From an uncultured bacterium (GTDB lineage Bacteria > Chloroflexota > UBA5177 > JANWHV01): a DNA stretch of 64,000 nt. The stretch covers positions 1,536,001 to 1,600,000 of the forward strand of contig CAWHAE010000012.1 in the NCBI GenBank assembly GCA_963827235.1, read 5' to 3'. The notes under the pieces are model-generated. The model was not told the origin of the DNA. It did no database searches and worked only from the letters and a program-made list of their open reading frames with translations. Positions 20,291 through 30,529 of this stretch are shown piece by piece. Numbering within the stretch: position 1 is the first letter of the stretch; every line of letters begins with the position of its first letter. The position numbers were made by a program, and so were the translations under genes.

Positions 20291-21025
20291 ATCCTCGACC
20301 TATTGAGCTTGCTGAGTGCATCCCTTGTGGCCGACTCTCCGAACGCGCCCTTTGCAGTGTTGCCTCCGCTCGCAACATCGGTGCTAGCCGCCTTGACCAC
20401 AGTCTTGGCGAGCACTGGCAGAGCTGCGAAGCCAGAAAGAGGAGACGCCTGGTTCGTTGACCCGCCGTTGGCGTCTGGGTTGACCGCCTGGTACGCCTTT
20501 TGCGCCTCCTGCGTGAGCTGTGCAGTGCTCGGCACTGGTGGCGGCGGTACTGAGAGTGTGGGCTGCCACAGCCCGAGCGAGAGCGGTACTGCCGCCGGCG
20601 CGTCGATGCTCTGCAGCGCGGCGCTCTCCGCCTGTACCGTCGATGAAACGACCGAGGTCGTCGGCACGGTGCTCTGGGCCATCGGACACACGCCGTCCAC
20701 CATGTTGGACCGGCAGGACATCATGCCTGTCTTGTCGTTGTAGTCCACCGGGTCGTCGCCTGCGTACGCGTAGGTGAAGATGCCCTCCTGCTGGCTGGGG
20801 TCCGGCTGCCGGGTACCCGCTCGCGGGTGTCGCTCCAGCACCGGGTCATACGCCCGCGTGGCCATCCAGTACCAGCCCAGCTCTTGGTCGTACCAGGCGC
20901 CGGCGAAGCGCAGGCGTTGCGGCACGTGCTCGCTGCTGCTTACGACCTTGCCCCAGAGGTCATACGTGTAGCGGTCCACCGTGTTGCCGGTGACGTCGGT
21001 GAGCGCGATCACGTTGCCGCGGCCG
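20287..21025 (-). pseudogene. Orphan Rhs module (core C-terminus plus truncated toxin tip)
   Basis: YTYDLWG, RFAGAWYDQELGWYW, RAYDP, QPDP, DDPVDY nearly identical to 21652..23625; starts abruptly at GRGNVIALTD; tip ends shortly after KGAFGE. Confidence 0.85.
20809..20832 (-). repeat. In-frame palindromic micro-insertion in the orphan Rhs module
   Basis: CGACACCCGCGAGCGGGTACCCGG (RHPRAGTR) stands where the paralogue has CGGTTCCTG (RFL); net +15 nt. Confidence 0.75.
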
Positions 21026-21290
21026 GCTGGCTACCGCATGGCGCGCAGGACCAAACTAGCACGTCAATCCTCTAGCTTGCCGGTTAACCAACATGTGGCG
21101 ACCATGCCTCGAGTCGTTCGCTGCCCAACGCACAAGAGGATATCCCAAGCTCCATCTACATGCGCCTGATGCCAACGACGGGAGTGCAGGCGGGAACCCG
21201 AACACAGAACGGACTATCAAGAGTGGCATAACCTGAGGCACTCCTGGCATCGCCCGAAGCTATCCAGCACTGCGGCTCACGGCGTCGCTC

Positions 21291-21629
21291 CTAGCCAATC
21301 TCCAGCACCACGGCCACGCCAACCACACGCGAACCCTCGCACATCTCGAGTCGGTCTCCCACCGCGACTGAACGCCAGAACTCAGGGCAGACGGGGCGCA
21401 GCACCGCAATGCCGCCTCCTCCCGGCGGAATCTCACTTGTGCCCTCCAGCCTGAGCGGTGCGTCGTGGTAGTGTTTCTGCCCGTCACTGGTGTATCGGCC
21501 CAGCCAAAACGCCGCCCGGTATCCGTGGAACACGGGACCTCGCCGCCCCCCCTCATCCGTTGGCGTGACAACTAGATGAACGCGGACCCGAGCCGGGCCA
21601 TCCCGCCTAGCATCTTCCAGCGCTGCCAC
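21291..21629 (-). CDS. Stand-alone EF-Tu domain-3-like protein in the immunity position after the Rhs toxin
   Basis: DEGGRRGPVFHGYR..F, PG and GDR...EGSRVVG..VV match EF-Tu C-terminal motifs (DEGGRHTPFFKGYRPQF..PG..GLRFAIREGGRTVGAGVV); no G domain; GGAG upstream. Confidence 0.8.
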   Translation of the reverse strand: MAALEDARRDGPARVRVHLVVTPTDEGGRRGPVFHGYRAAFWLGRYTSDGQKHYHDAPLRLEGTSEIPPGGGGIAVLRPVCPEFWRSVAVGDRLEMCEGSRVVGVAVVLEIG

Positions 21630-21651
21630 TCTGCTTGGCCCCTTCTCCAGA

Positions 21652-23646
21652 TCAGGGTGCGGTAAAGCCTACGATGGTGATCAGTGACTCGGAGTTCATC
21701 CGCGCGAGCTCGGACGCATCCACAGATACCGCCGGCATACCATCTGCAGCAAAGTGTACATATGACGACTCCAGCGCCGAAGGCACATCGACTCTCACCG
21801 TGAAGAATGACTCTCCTCCCTGGCTGTACAGCATGCGGCCGAACCGCGCCGCATTCGCCGCGGAAGTTGCAAAGAGCTTGCCCTCATACGACAAGCCTCT
21901 GGGTTCGGCCCTGAAGCCTCCATTAGCTTGGATGTCCTGCGCCTCTTTGACGCTCACGACCCGATACAGTGTGGTAACCTGGGTGCCGTCCGCCGACACC
22001 TCGTTGAAGTCCGCAAGTGCTCCTGGATTCACCGTGGCATCCAGGATTACACCATCGACCGATGTTCCAGTTGAAGTCTCGTCACCTGCATCGTCGCCGC
22101 CCCCGCCCTCGCCACCACCGCCGCCGTTGGGTGGCAGCGGCGCGCCAATCGGCCCGTCGCATGCGGCGCTTGCAGACACGCCACCGGATACTGAATCGTC
22201 GATCGGACATTCACCCTCCGTCTGCGCCGCGCTCGTGGTCGTTGATGCCGGATGGAAGACGGCCGGCTGCGACGGGGCGAACTCCCGTACCGCCAGCGGC
22301 TGAACAGCCGGTGGCGCCGCCGTCATCACAGGCGCCACCGGCGCCACCGGCGCAGGGGCGTCGATGCTGGCAATCGCGGTGGTGATGGCCGCCGCCGTGG
22401 TCGAGGCAACCTCGCGCACCGGTACCGTGCTGAATGACGTCGGGCAGACCCCATCCACCATGTTGGCCCGGCACGCCATCATGCCCGTGTTGTCCTGGTA
22501 GTCCACCGGGTCGTCGCCCGCGTACGCGTACGTGAAGATCCCCTCCTGCTGGCTCGGGTCCGGTTGCAGGAACCGCTCGAGTACCGGGTCGTAGGCGCGC
22601 GTGGTCATCCAGTACCAGCCCAGCTCCTGGTCGTACCAGCCGCCGGCAAAGCGCAGGCGCTGCGGCACGGTCTCGCTGCTGCTCACCAGCGCGCCCCACA
22701 GGTCGTACGTGTAGCGGTCTACCGTGTTCCCGCTCACGTCGGTGAGCGCGATCACGTCCCCGCGGCCGTCCACCTCGTACCAGTAGCGGTTGGTGACGGC
22801 GCCAGCGGTGCGGATGAGCTCCAGCGGCGTGCCGTCCCGCCGGTAGAGATAGGTGTCGGTGGTGTTCTGGCTGCCGCTCGTCGTCACCTGCGCGAGCTCG
22901 CCGCCCCGGTACTGGAAGCTCTCGCTCAGGTTGGCGCCGCCCCCGCTCGCCGCGTACGTCATGCGCTGGCCGGCCGCGTTGTAGGTCATGCTCACGCTCA
23001 GGCCGCTGGCCTTGACTACGCTACCGAGCCGTCCCTGGGCGTCATAGAACAGGCACGTGGTACCGGTCGCGTCGCAGCCGGACTGGGCCGTGGGGCCGAT
23101 GCGCGTGGCGTGTCCGCTCTGGTCGTACGAATAGTAGGTGCTTGCGCCGCTGGTCGTCGTGCTGGCCAGCTGGTTGGCGTTGCTCGCACTGTAGGTATAG
23201 GTGGTGGTCGGGCCGCCGTTGCTGGTGCTGCTGGTCAGGTTGTCGCCCTGGTTGGCGTAGGCCCAGCTGCCCGTCACGCCCGTGCCGGTGGCGCCGGTCA
23301 GGTGCCCCAGCGCGTCGTGCGTGATGGTGAGCGTGTTGGTGGTGGTGCCGTTCACCGTGCTGGCCAGGCTGTTCGTCCAGCCAGCCTGGTCGTAGCCATA
23401 GGTGTAGGTGTTGTTTAGCGGCGAGCTCACCCCCGTCGGCCCCACGGCATCCACGTAGGTGGTGCGGCTGGCGCCGTCGTACTGCCCGTGCTGGTTGACG
23501 CTGCCGGGCAGGCCGATCGTGGTGGGCAGGTCGTTGGCGTTGCGCGTGATGCTCGTAGCGTAGGTGCCGTCGGAGATGCCGGTGGAGAGCCCGGCCGCGT
23601 TCAGAGAGAGGCTCACCGTGCTCACGCCCGGCGCCGCCGTAGTAAG
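21652..23646 (-). pseudogene. Rhs/YD-repeat protein, 5'-truncated, with ADP-ribosyltransferase-like C-terminal toxin
   Basis: YD repeats (YDGASR, YDQAG, HDALG, YDAQGRL), Rhs core, tip TTLYRVVS..E..DI..G..EGKLFATS..VRVDVP; begins mid-repeat just after an in-frame TAG. Confidence 0.85.
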
Positions 23647-23903
23647 CGTCTACGCTCGAGAGGCGCGGCGATTCCGGTGTGAAGAACCGCGCGATCGCCC
23701 CACCGGCGGCTGCCGGCAGCATGCCTGCATCGCGTCGCAGAAATCGACCGGATCTCCTGTGCCGCGCGATGTGAGGCGGCCGGGAACGTGCTACGATGAT
23801 CCAGCCGGGATCGCCGCATTCACGGTGCGAGTGGCATCTGGCCGGCTGTTCCCGGGGACCAGGCTGCTCAGCCGTTGCCGCCTTGGCACGTACTGGAGGA
23901 ACG

Positions 23904-24913
23904 ATGAACTCGTACGAGCGCGTGATGTGCCGGTTGCGTGGCGAGCCCGTCGACCGTGCACCCAACTTCAACATCTTCATGAGTTTTGCCGCCCACCACA
24001 TCGGCCAGCCGCTCTCGCGCTACTACCTGGACTACCACGTGCTCTGCGAGGCGAACCTTGCCGTGCTGCATGACTTCTCGCTGGATATCGTCACCACCAT
24101 GTCGGACGCCTACCGCGAAACGGCAGACTGGGGCGCGGCGATCGAGTTCCCCCCGACGCGCTGCCAAAGAGCATGACGCCGTTGCTGCAGGACCTCACCG
24201 ACGTGCGCCGGCTCGTCTCTCCCGATCCCCGTACGGGCAGGCGGATGAGCGACCGGGTGCACGCCGTGCGGCTCTATCGCGAGCAAGTGGGCGGCACGGT
24301 GCCGATCATGGGCTGGGTGGAAGGCGCGCTGGCCGAGACCGCGGACCTGCGCGGCGTGTCCACGCTGATGATGGACCTACACGACAATGCCGAGCAGGTC
24401 GAGGAAGTGCTCGAGCGCTGCACCGAGAACGCCATCGAGTTCGCCCGCGTCCAGGTGGAGGCCGGCGCGGACATCATCGGGCTGGGCGATGCCGTTGCCT
24501 CGCAGATCTCGCCCAAGATGTACCAGCGGTTTGCCCTGCCCTACGAACAGCGGATCTTCGCGGCGGTCCGCGCCATGGGCGTGCTGGCGCGCCTGCACAT
24601 CTGCGGCAACATCACCAGGATCTTGCCCTTCGTGGCGCAGTGCGGAGCCGACATCATCGACGTCGACTGGATGGTCGATCTGGCCGCGGCACGCGAGATC
24701 TGCAGCCCCGCCGCGGTGTGCGGCAACTTCGACCCGGTCGCCGTGATGCTCCAGGGCACGCCCGACACGGTGCGGCAGGCAGTGACGCACGCGCTGGACC
24801 TTGGCGGGCCACGCTGCTTCAGCATGGCCGGGTGCGAAATTCCCGAGGGTACGCCGCACGCCAACCTCCTCGCACACGCCCAGGCGCTGCGGGAGTACGG
24901 CGGCGCCGCTTAG
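23904..24913 (+). CDS. Uroporphyrinogen decarboxylase / MtaA-CmuA methyltransferase-family protein, frameshift in a C6 run at 24149-24154
   Basis: ORFs 23904..24176 and 24173..24913 join as IEFP(P)DALPKSMTP; LHICGN and GCEIP metal-binding motifs. Confidence 0.85.
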
Positions 24914-25179
24914 CGCCAACCCGGCCGACGAGGCGCCGGCGTACGCTGCGAGCCGAGCGGGAACCAACTGAGGAGCGCGCTCACCTACTCGGGCACCATG
25001 CTCGCATGCCCTGAACGGGCACTGCGGAGATGGGCACCTCCACCTATACTTGGGGTACTCGAGCAGCAACTGCTACCTCGTGCCCCTGAAGACGACCGTC
25101 ACGCGCCTCGGCTTCCAACGGTGCGGTGAGCAGGCTAGTGCCGTGCGTGCAGCTCACCAAGGCCAGCGAGGAGAAAACC

Positions 25180-25671
25180 ATGGCGCAGACCGTGTCGCGA
25201 CGTCGTATGCCGGCTTTTCTGGGCGGTCTCTTCAAGCACCGTGCCGCCGGTGACGCCGGTCATGACCATCGATTGGCATGGGACGATTCGCTCTCCGTCC
25301 ACGTGGCAAAGATCGACGAGCAGCACAAGGTCCTCGTCGGGTTGGTCAACGAGCTGGACGATTCCATCCGGCAGGGGCGCGATCGGAAGGTCGTGGGCAG
25401 CGTGCTGGAAAGCCTGATCGAGTACACGCAGACCCACTTCGCCAGCGAGGAAGACAGCATGGTGCTCTACCGGTATCCCACGTACGCACGGCACAAGAGC
25501 GAGCACGACATGCTGACCAGCAAGGTGCTGGACCTGCGGCAGCACTACCGCGAAGGCACCGCGGTCGTCGGCGCGGACGTCCTGCGTTTCCTGCGCACCT
25601 GGCTGGTCGGGCATATTCAGGGCATGGACAAGGTGTTCGGCAACTACCTGAACGGCCAGGGCGTGCACTGA
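25180..25671 (+). CDS. Bacteriohemerythrin
   Basis: W...SV...IDEQHK, HFASEE, HKSEH, WLVGHIQGMD di-iron motifs; GAGGAG RBS. Confidence 0.93.
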   Translation: MAQTVSRRRMPAFLGGLFKHRAAGDAGHDHRLAWDDSLSVHVAKIDEQHKVLVGLVNELDDSIRQGRDRKVVGSVLESLIEYTQTHFASEEDSMVLYRYPTYARHKSEHDMLTSKVLDLRQHYREGTAVVGADVLRFLRTWLVGHIQGMDKVFGNYLNGQGVH

Positions 25672-25725
25672 GAGAGACGAGAGGGCCCTCGGGTCCCGAT
25701 CGTCATTCCCTGAATACCGACACCA

Positions 25726-28700
25726 TTAGCCGGCGGCCGGCAGGTTGGCGAGCGGCAACGTGAGACGGAACACCGTGCCGCCGGGTCCAGTACACTCCAG
25801 AGCCAGGTCGCCGCTCGCCGCCTGAGCCAGGCTGCGGCTCACGAAGAGTCCGAGGCCGGTGCCCACGCGCCCGGAGCGAATGGGGCCGCTCTGCACGCGG
25901 CCGAAGGGCTTGAACAGGTGTTCCCGCCCCTCGGCCGCGATGCCGCACCCGCGATCGCGCACGCGCACGGCCACAAGCGGCCCCTCCGCTCTCCAGACCA
26001 CGTCGATCGGAGATTCCTCCGGAGAGTACTTCGCCGCGTTGTCGATCACGTTCAGCAGAATCTGGACGACACGATCCGGGTCGGCGAGGGCCACCATATC
26101 GGCAGGGCCATCCAGATCGATGCGTTGGCGCCGGTAGATCGCGCGCACCTCGTCCACGGCTCGGTCGACCGCGCCGGCGATCGTGACCGGCGCGCGGCGG
26201 CTGTCGAATGCACCCAACTCGAGCCTGGTCACGAGCAGCAGGTCCTCCACCAGTCGCTGTTGCCGGTTCGCCGCTGCCACGATGCGATTGAGACGATCGA
26301 GCCGGGCCGCATCCTCCATCCGCGCCCAGTGCGCCTGCAGAAGCTCGGCATAGCCCACGATCGCCGTGAGCGGCGTGCGAAGCTCATGACTCACGGCGGC
26401 CACGAAGTTGCTGCGCAGCCGTGCTACTTCCTCTGCCGCCAACCGCGCGCGCTCCGCTTCGAGTCGAGTGGCGGCAAGCTGCCTATCCAGCTCCTCCGCC
26501 CGGGCCGCGGTCGCGCGGTAGACTTCTCTGTCGATATGTTCCAGCGCCTCCTCGAGCTGTTGTGCCCGCGCGTTGCGCACGACGCGAAAGGTCACTTCAA
26601 GCGGTGCGCTCCAGTTCCCACCCCAGTTGCAGGCCGAGACACGAAAGACGTAGAGCCCCGGCCGCAGGTTCGTATAGCGTCGACTGCGCTGGGTAGTAGG
26701 AGACGACCAGCTCTCCTCCAGCCCCTGGAGCTGGACGCGATAGAGCACCAGCATCGGACCCGAGAAGCACACGGCACCGTACTCGAACTGCAGATCGTAG
26801 GCGGTATCCTCGATCTGCAGGTCCTCGGTGAGCTCGCACTCTTCACCAAGCACGCGGAACGCGGTGAGAAATACCTCGCTCGGCGGCACGTCGTCGGGTA
26901 TCAGCCCGGTGTCGACGATGCCTACTCCCTTGATCGTGCCCACCCAGAGCCGGCCGCGCCCATCGAGATGGAGCGATCCGCCCACGCATTCTCGGTGTGG
27001 TAGGCCCATGCTCTGGTCGATGGTCACGCACTGGCCGGTCTTGGCATTGAGCCGGCTGATGCCATGGCTCGTTCCCAGCCAGACGCAGCCCTGGGGATCG
27101 CTGCGACAGCTATACGCGGCATCGCCGCGAAGGCCACCGCCCATGGCGATGCGCCGCACCACGACCGCTTGCCGGGGATCGACGCAGGCGACGCCGGACC
27201 CACCGATGCACGCCCAGAGCATGCCCTCGGCATCGCAGGTCACGTCCTCGACCAATCGCGGTGTCTCGTCGCCGCTCAGCGACACGACATGCAGGACGGT
27301 ACATTGCAACGGGTCGACGCAGACGAGCTGACCCGAGGCCGTGCCGGCCCACAGCATGCCGTCCCGGTCGCCGGCCAGCGAGGCGAGGTAGGCCTCCGGC
27401 AGGCCATCGCCGATCGTGATCTCGCCGGAGACGTCCAGAGTGCGAAGGTCGATACGGAGCAGGCCGTGGCGTGCCGTCGCGGCCCACAGGTCATGCTCGC
27501 CAACCGGACACAGAGCGAACACGGTGGCCGCGCGATCCACGAGCAGATCGGCATAGAGCGCCCCCGAGGACGGGTCCAGACCAAGCAGCCCCTGCCGGCG
27601 GGTGCCAACCCACAAATGCCCATCCTGCCCGAACACGGCGCAGCCAACCGCCGTTTGCATGAGCGCTTCGGGCAGGGCTTCCAGCGTCACGGTCCGCTCA
27701 CTGCCGCAGTCGATCGCGCCAAGCCCGCTTTCCGTGCCCAGGAACAGCCGCCCGTGCCCGTCGCCGGCAAACGTCCAGACCACCCTCCGGTCGCGGGCAG
27801 AGCCGTCGCTCAACGCACGGGCGATGCGTTGCGAGCCGTGGAGGATGGCGAGTCCCATGGGAGTTCCCGCCCAAACACACCCATCACGGTCGCACAGCAA
27901 CGCCGTGATGCAGGCGGACGGAAGACCGTCGGCCGTGGACACGACGTCGCACAGTGTACCGTCGTCCAGCACGTAGGCGCCCGCGCGGGTTCCGACCCAG
28001 AGGCGGCCTTGCTCGTCGCCGCACATGGCCAGCACCTGGGCATCGCACTGCAAGGCGCGAGTCATGTGCAAACCGCCCCGCGGGTCAATCTCGGCCCGGC
28101 AGACTCCACCATCCGCCAATCCCAGCCAGATGGATCCTCGGGCATCACGGTGGAGACACTGCACGGCACCCGTGTCGAGCGAGCCGCGCCGCGAAGCGCC
28201 CGGGCTCGGCTCGCCGGCATCGAGCACAAGCAGCTCCCTATCGGTCCCGACCCACATCCGGCCGTCCGGATCGGTGCAGAGCGCGTTGACGTGTGGAGCA
28301 GGCAGACCGGAATTGCCGCCCACGTGGTGCACAACGTGCTCGTGCTCGAGCACGGCGATGCCATCGGGAGTGCCGGCCCAGAGCCGGCCTCGCGCGTCGG
28401 CGCACAGGGCACGAATGGTGTTGTCAGGCAGGCCGTGCGTGGTGGTCAAACGTCGAACGAGGTGGGGTCCCGCCTTGCCGGTATCTACCTGAGCAAGCCC
28501 GCTGCCGGGCGCGCCGATCCATACGGTTCGCCGAGCGGTGAAACAGAAGCGATGATGGCTGCATCCGCGCAGCGAGGCCAAACCCGGGGGCTCCCAGCCA
28601 AACGAGCCGTCGAACAGCATGGGCCCGTGCTCGCAGCCGATCCACAGGCATCCGCGCGCGTCCTGGGCAAGGCCGGTCACCGGCCACGGAGGAAGATCGG

Positions 28701-28791
28701 CCGGATCGGGAGAATCCGCGAACTCTTCCGGGTCCACGCAGAGAGAAACCCGGCCGGACCGGATGATCCTATACGCTGTCGAGCAGCTCAC
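25726..28791 (-). CDS. Histidine kinase with Reg_prop-type beta-propeller repeats and Y_Y_Y domain; no TM segment seen
   Basis: Repeated DxxGxLWxGTxxG and DGLP motifs, YTNLRPGLYVFRV, VSHELRTPL, GTGLGL. Confidence 0.88.
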   Translation of the reverse strand: MSCSTAYRIIRSGRVSLCVDPEEFADSPDPADLPPWPVTGLAQDARGCLWIGCEHGPMLFDGSFGWEPPGLASLRGCSHHRFCFTARRTVWIGAPGSGLAQVDTGKAGPHLVRRLTTTHGLPDNTIRALCADARGRLWAGTPDGIAVLEHEHVVHHVGGNSGLPAPHVNALCTDPDGRMWVGTDRELLVLDAGEPSPGASRRGSLDTGAVQCLHRDARGSIWLGLADGGVCRAEIDPRGGLHMTRALQCDAQVLAMCGDEQGRLWVGTRAGAYVLDDGTLCDVVSTADGLPSACITALLCDRDGCVWAGTPMGLAILHGSQRIARALSDGSARDRRVVWTFAGDGHGRLFLGTESGLGAIDCGSERTVTLEALPEALMQTAVGCAVFGQDGHLWVGTRRQGLLGLDPSSGALYADLLVDRAATVFALCPVGEHDLWAATARHGLLRIDLRTLDVSGEITIGDGLPEAYLASLAGDRDGMLWAGTASGQLVCVDPLQCTVLHVVSLSGDETPRLVEDVTCDAEGMLWACIGGSGVACVDPRQAVVVRRIAMGGGLRGDAAYSCRSDPQGCVWLGTSHGISRLNAKTGQCVTIDQSMGLPHRECVGGSLHLDGRGRLWVGTIKGVGIVDTGLIPDDVPPSEVFLTAFRVLGEECELTEDLQIEDTAYDLQFEYGAVCFSGPMLVLYRVQLQGLEESWSSPTTQRSRRYTNLRPGLYVFRVSACNWGGNWSAPLEVTFRVVRNARAQQLEEALEHIDREVYRATAARAEELDRQLAATRLEAERARLAAEEVARLRSNFVAAVSHELRTPLTAIVGYAELLQAHWARMEDAARLDRLNRIVAAANRQQRLVEDLLLVTRLELGAFDSRRAPVTIAGAVDRAVDEVRAIYRRQRIDLDGPADMVALADPDRVVQILLNVIDNAAKYSPEESPIDVVWRAEGPLVAVRVRDRGCGIAAEGREHLFKPFGRVQSGPIRSGRVGTGLGLFVSRSLAQAASGDLALECTGPGGTVFRLTLPLANLPAAG

Positions 28792-29039
28792 GCGCGTTCA
28801 GCGATCTCTAGGGAGCACCGCGGGTGGACGGGCACGGCTGGTTGCTCAGCGCACCGGCGCGGCGCTCGACATGCGTGCCAGGCTGCAACGCTTCTCACGG
28901 TTCCTGCACACCTCAGAATACGCAGTCCGCACCGGTTTCAGCATATGCCGGTGCCCGGATGATCGCACTCCCCCAGTCGTTCACGCAAGAACTGGCGCCG
29001 CATCGAGCCGTGCTTTCATCGGGGCACGGCGTGGCGGAA

Positions 29040-30065
29040 TTATCCGTATACCGCCTTGAGCACGGAGCAGGCGCGCAAGGTTACCCACTTGCTCGGCCGG
29101 CCCTGCCTGTCGATATCTACCCAGATCTTGCCGTGATAGGCAGCCTCGTTCCTCCACCGTCCCGACTGATCCTGCCGGCCGAGCAGCCAGGCTACCGCCG
29201 CCTGCAGACGAGCGTCCTTCGCGAAGCCCAGCTCGCAGAGCACGGCGACGTTCTGCAGCAGGTCGGCCACGTAACCATGGGGAAAACCCAGCTTGAACCA
29301 GGACGCGCTGGGCTGCGCCGTGCCCCGTCCGGCCGGGTACGCGGCCGTAGCCGGGTCCTGGCTGAATAGAAACGCCACTCCCTGCCGGATGGCACGTTCC
29401 ACGTGAGGGGCACGCCGTTCGGGTGGGATGCGCGCCAGGGCCAGCAGAGCCTTGATCGCTCCCCAGGCGCAGGGTAAGTGCCCGTTTGACCCGCATTGAA
29501 ACCCCGGTCCACTGGTTCCCGAGCGGTAATAGCGGTCGAACTCTTCTCCCGTGATCGAGCGGGCCTGCCAGTCGATGGCGCGTTGCACGCGCTCGTCCTC
29601 CAGGCGGCCAAAGCCGATCAGCGCCCGAAGCAGATTACCGTTCAGGCAGTGGATCACCAGCGATGGCGGGGCAGGAGCGTCCGGTCTGCTCCCACCGCCC
29701 CAGCAGGAAAAGCCGCCTTCCCGGGATTGGCTGTGGGTCAGCACGTAGTCGCATGCTGCCTGCACCCGCGCGTCCGCGCCGTCGGCGCCAAGCTGGTCGA
29801 GAAACATGAGCTGCCAGACCGTGCCCCGGTACTTGGGACCATACCCCGGGCCGGGCTTGACCCAGAAGCCCTCCGGGTCTTGCGCGGCGAGCATGGCGGC
29901 GATGGGGTCGGCTTGCATGGCGGCGGCGCGCGCCTGCCGCACCTCGGGTGCATCCTCCGGCCGCTCGAGGAGCAGGCGCAAAGCCAGGTGGCGAACCGCG
30001 GGGGTCTCGTCTTCGAGCAACCAGGGCAGCGGATCCGCGTTGAGCACGCGTTGCCAGGCCATCAT
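29040..30065 (-). CDS. Prenyltransferase/squalene-cyclase-repeat-like hypothetical protein
   Basis: QW-like repeats AQDPEGFW, SQSREGGF, RQDQSGRW; C-terminal PSKWVTLRA. Confidence 0.7.
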   Translation of the reverse strand: MMAWQRVLNADPLPWLLEDETPAVRHLALRLLLERPEDAPEVRQARAAAMQADPIAAMLAAQDPEGFWVKPGPGYGPKYRGTVWQLMFLDQLGADGADARVQAACDYVLTHSQSREGGFSCWGGGSRPDAPAPPSLVIHCLNGNLLRALIGFGRLEDERVQRAIDWQARSITGEEFDRYYRSGTSGPGFQCGSNGHLPCAWGAIKALLALARIPPERRAPHVERAIRQGVAFLFSQDPATAAYPAGRGTAQPSASWFKLGFPHGYVADLLQNVAVLCELGFAKDARLQAAVAWLLGRQDQSGRWRNEAAYHGKIWVDIDRQGRPSKWVTLRACSVLKAVYG

Positions 30066-30240
30066 GCCTTGTCCCACCCTTCCGACGAGCTTTTCTCGTG
30101 CTTCTATCGTATTCTGTACCGCGGTGCGGTCAGGCGGCAACCGGCATCTGCCGTCTCTCGCGCCATGCCGCGGCATCGGCCGGCTGGGGACGCTGCAGTA
30201 CGATATGCGCGCGGTTGGCACTCGCCGGCGCGCTTCGCGC

Positions 30241-30317
30241 TCTTAGCAAACACTCACCACTCTCTGCGCCCCTGCTTAGCCGCTACTCACAGTGCTCTCA
30301 GACTGGTGCCCTACGCT
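30241..30317 (+). promoter_or_regulatory. TCTCAG-like hexamer array (MprA/CssR-like OmpR boxes) upstream of the GT39 gene
   Basis: TCTTAG, ACTCAC, GCTTAG, ACTCAC, TCTCAG at 30241, 30252, 30274, 30285, 30296; -10 TACGCT at 30312. Confidence 0.6.
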
Positions 30318-30529
30318 GAGCTTGGGTGTTCGAAGACGGACACCGTGCCGCGAGCAACTGAAAGCGTGCCGAAGCACGCACAGTGGCCGGCACTGCTCAG
30401 GCCGACAGGTGGGAGCGCAGCGTGGCGCAATCAACCGCCGCGCCGCGAGAGACGGCCTGCCGAACCTCTCGACGGGCAGCACCGCACAGACGAGGCGAGA
30501 ATCGGCGTTTTGCCGGAAAGGACATCACC

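Noticed and set aside
21291-21629. True tuf gene or tuf pseudogene
   Set aside because: No G domain or domain 2 upstream, strongly diverged with insertions, own RBS, and not in a ribosomal operon
24149-24154. Phase-variable poly-C tract or programmed frameshift
   Set aside because: Only 6 C, and several other genes show similar indels; sequencing error is more likely
29040-30065. Specific enzyme assignment such as squalene-hopene cyclase
   Set aside because: Too short and lacks the DxDD motif; only QW-like repeats are visible
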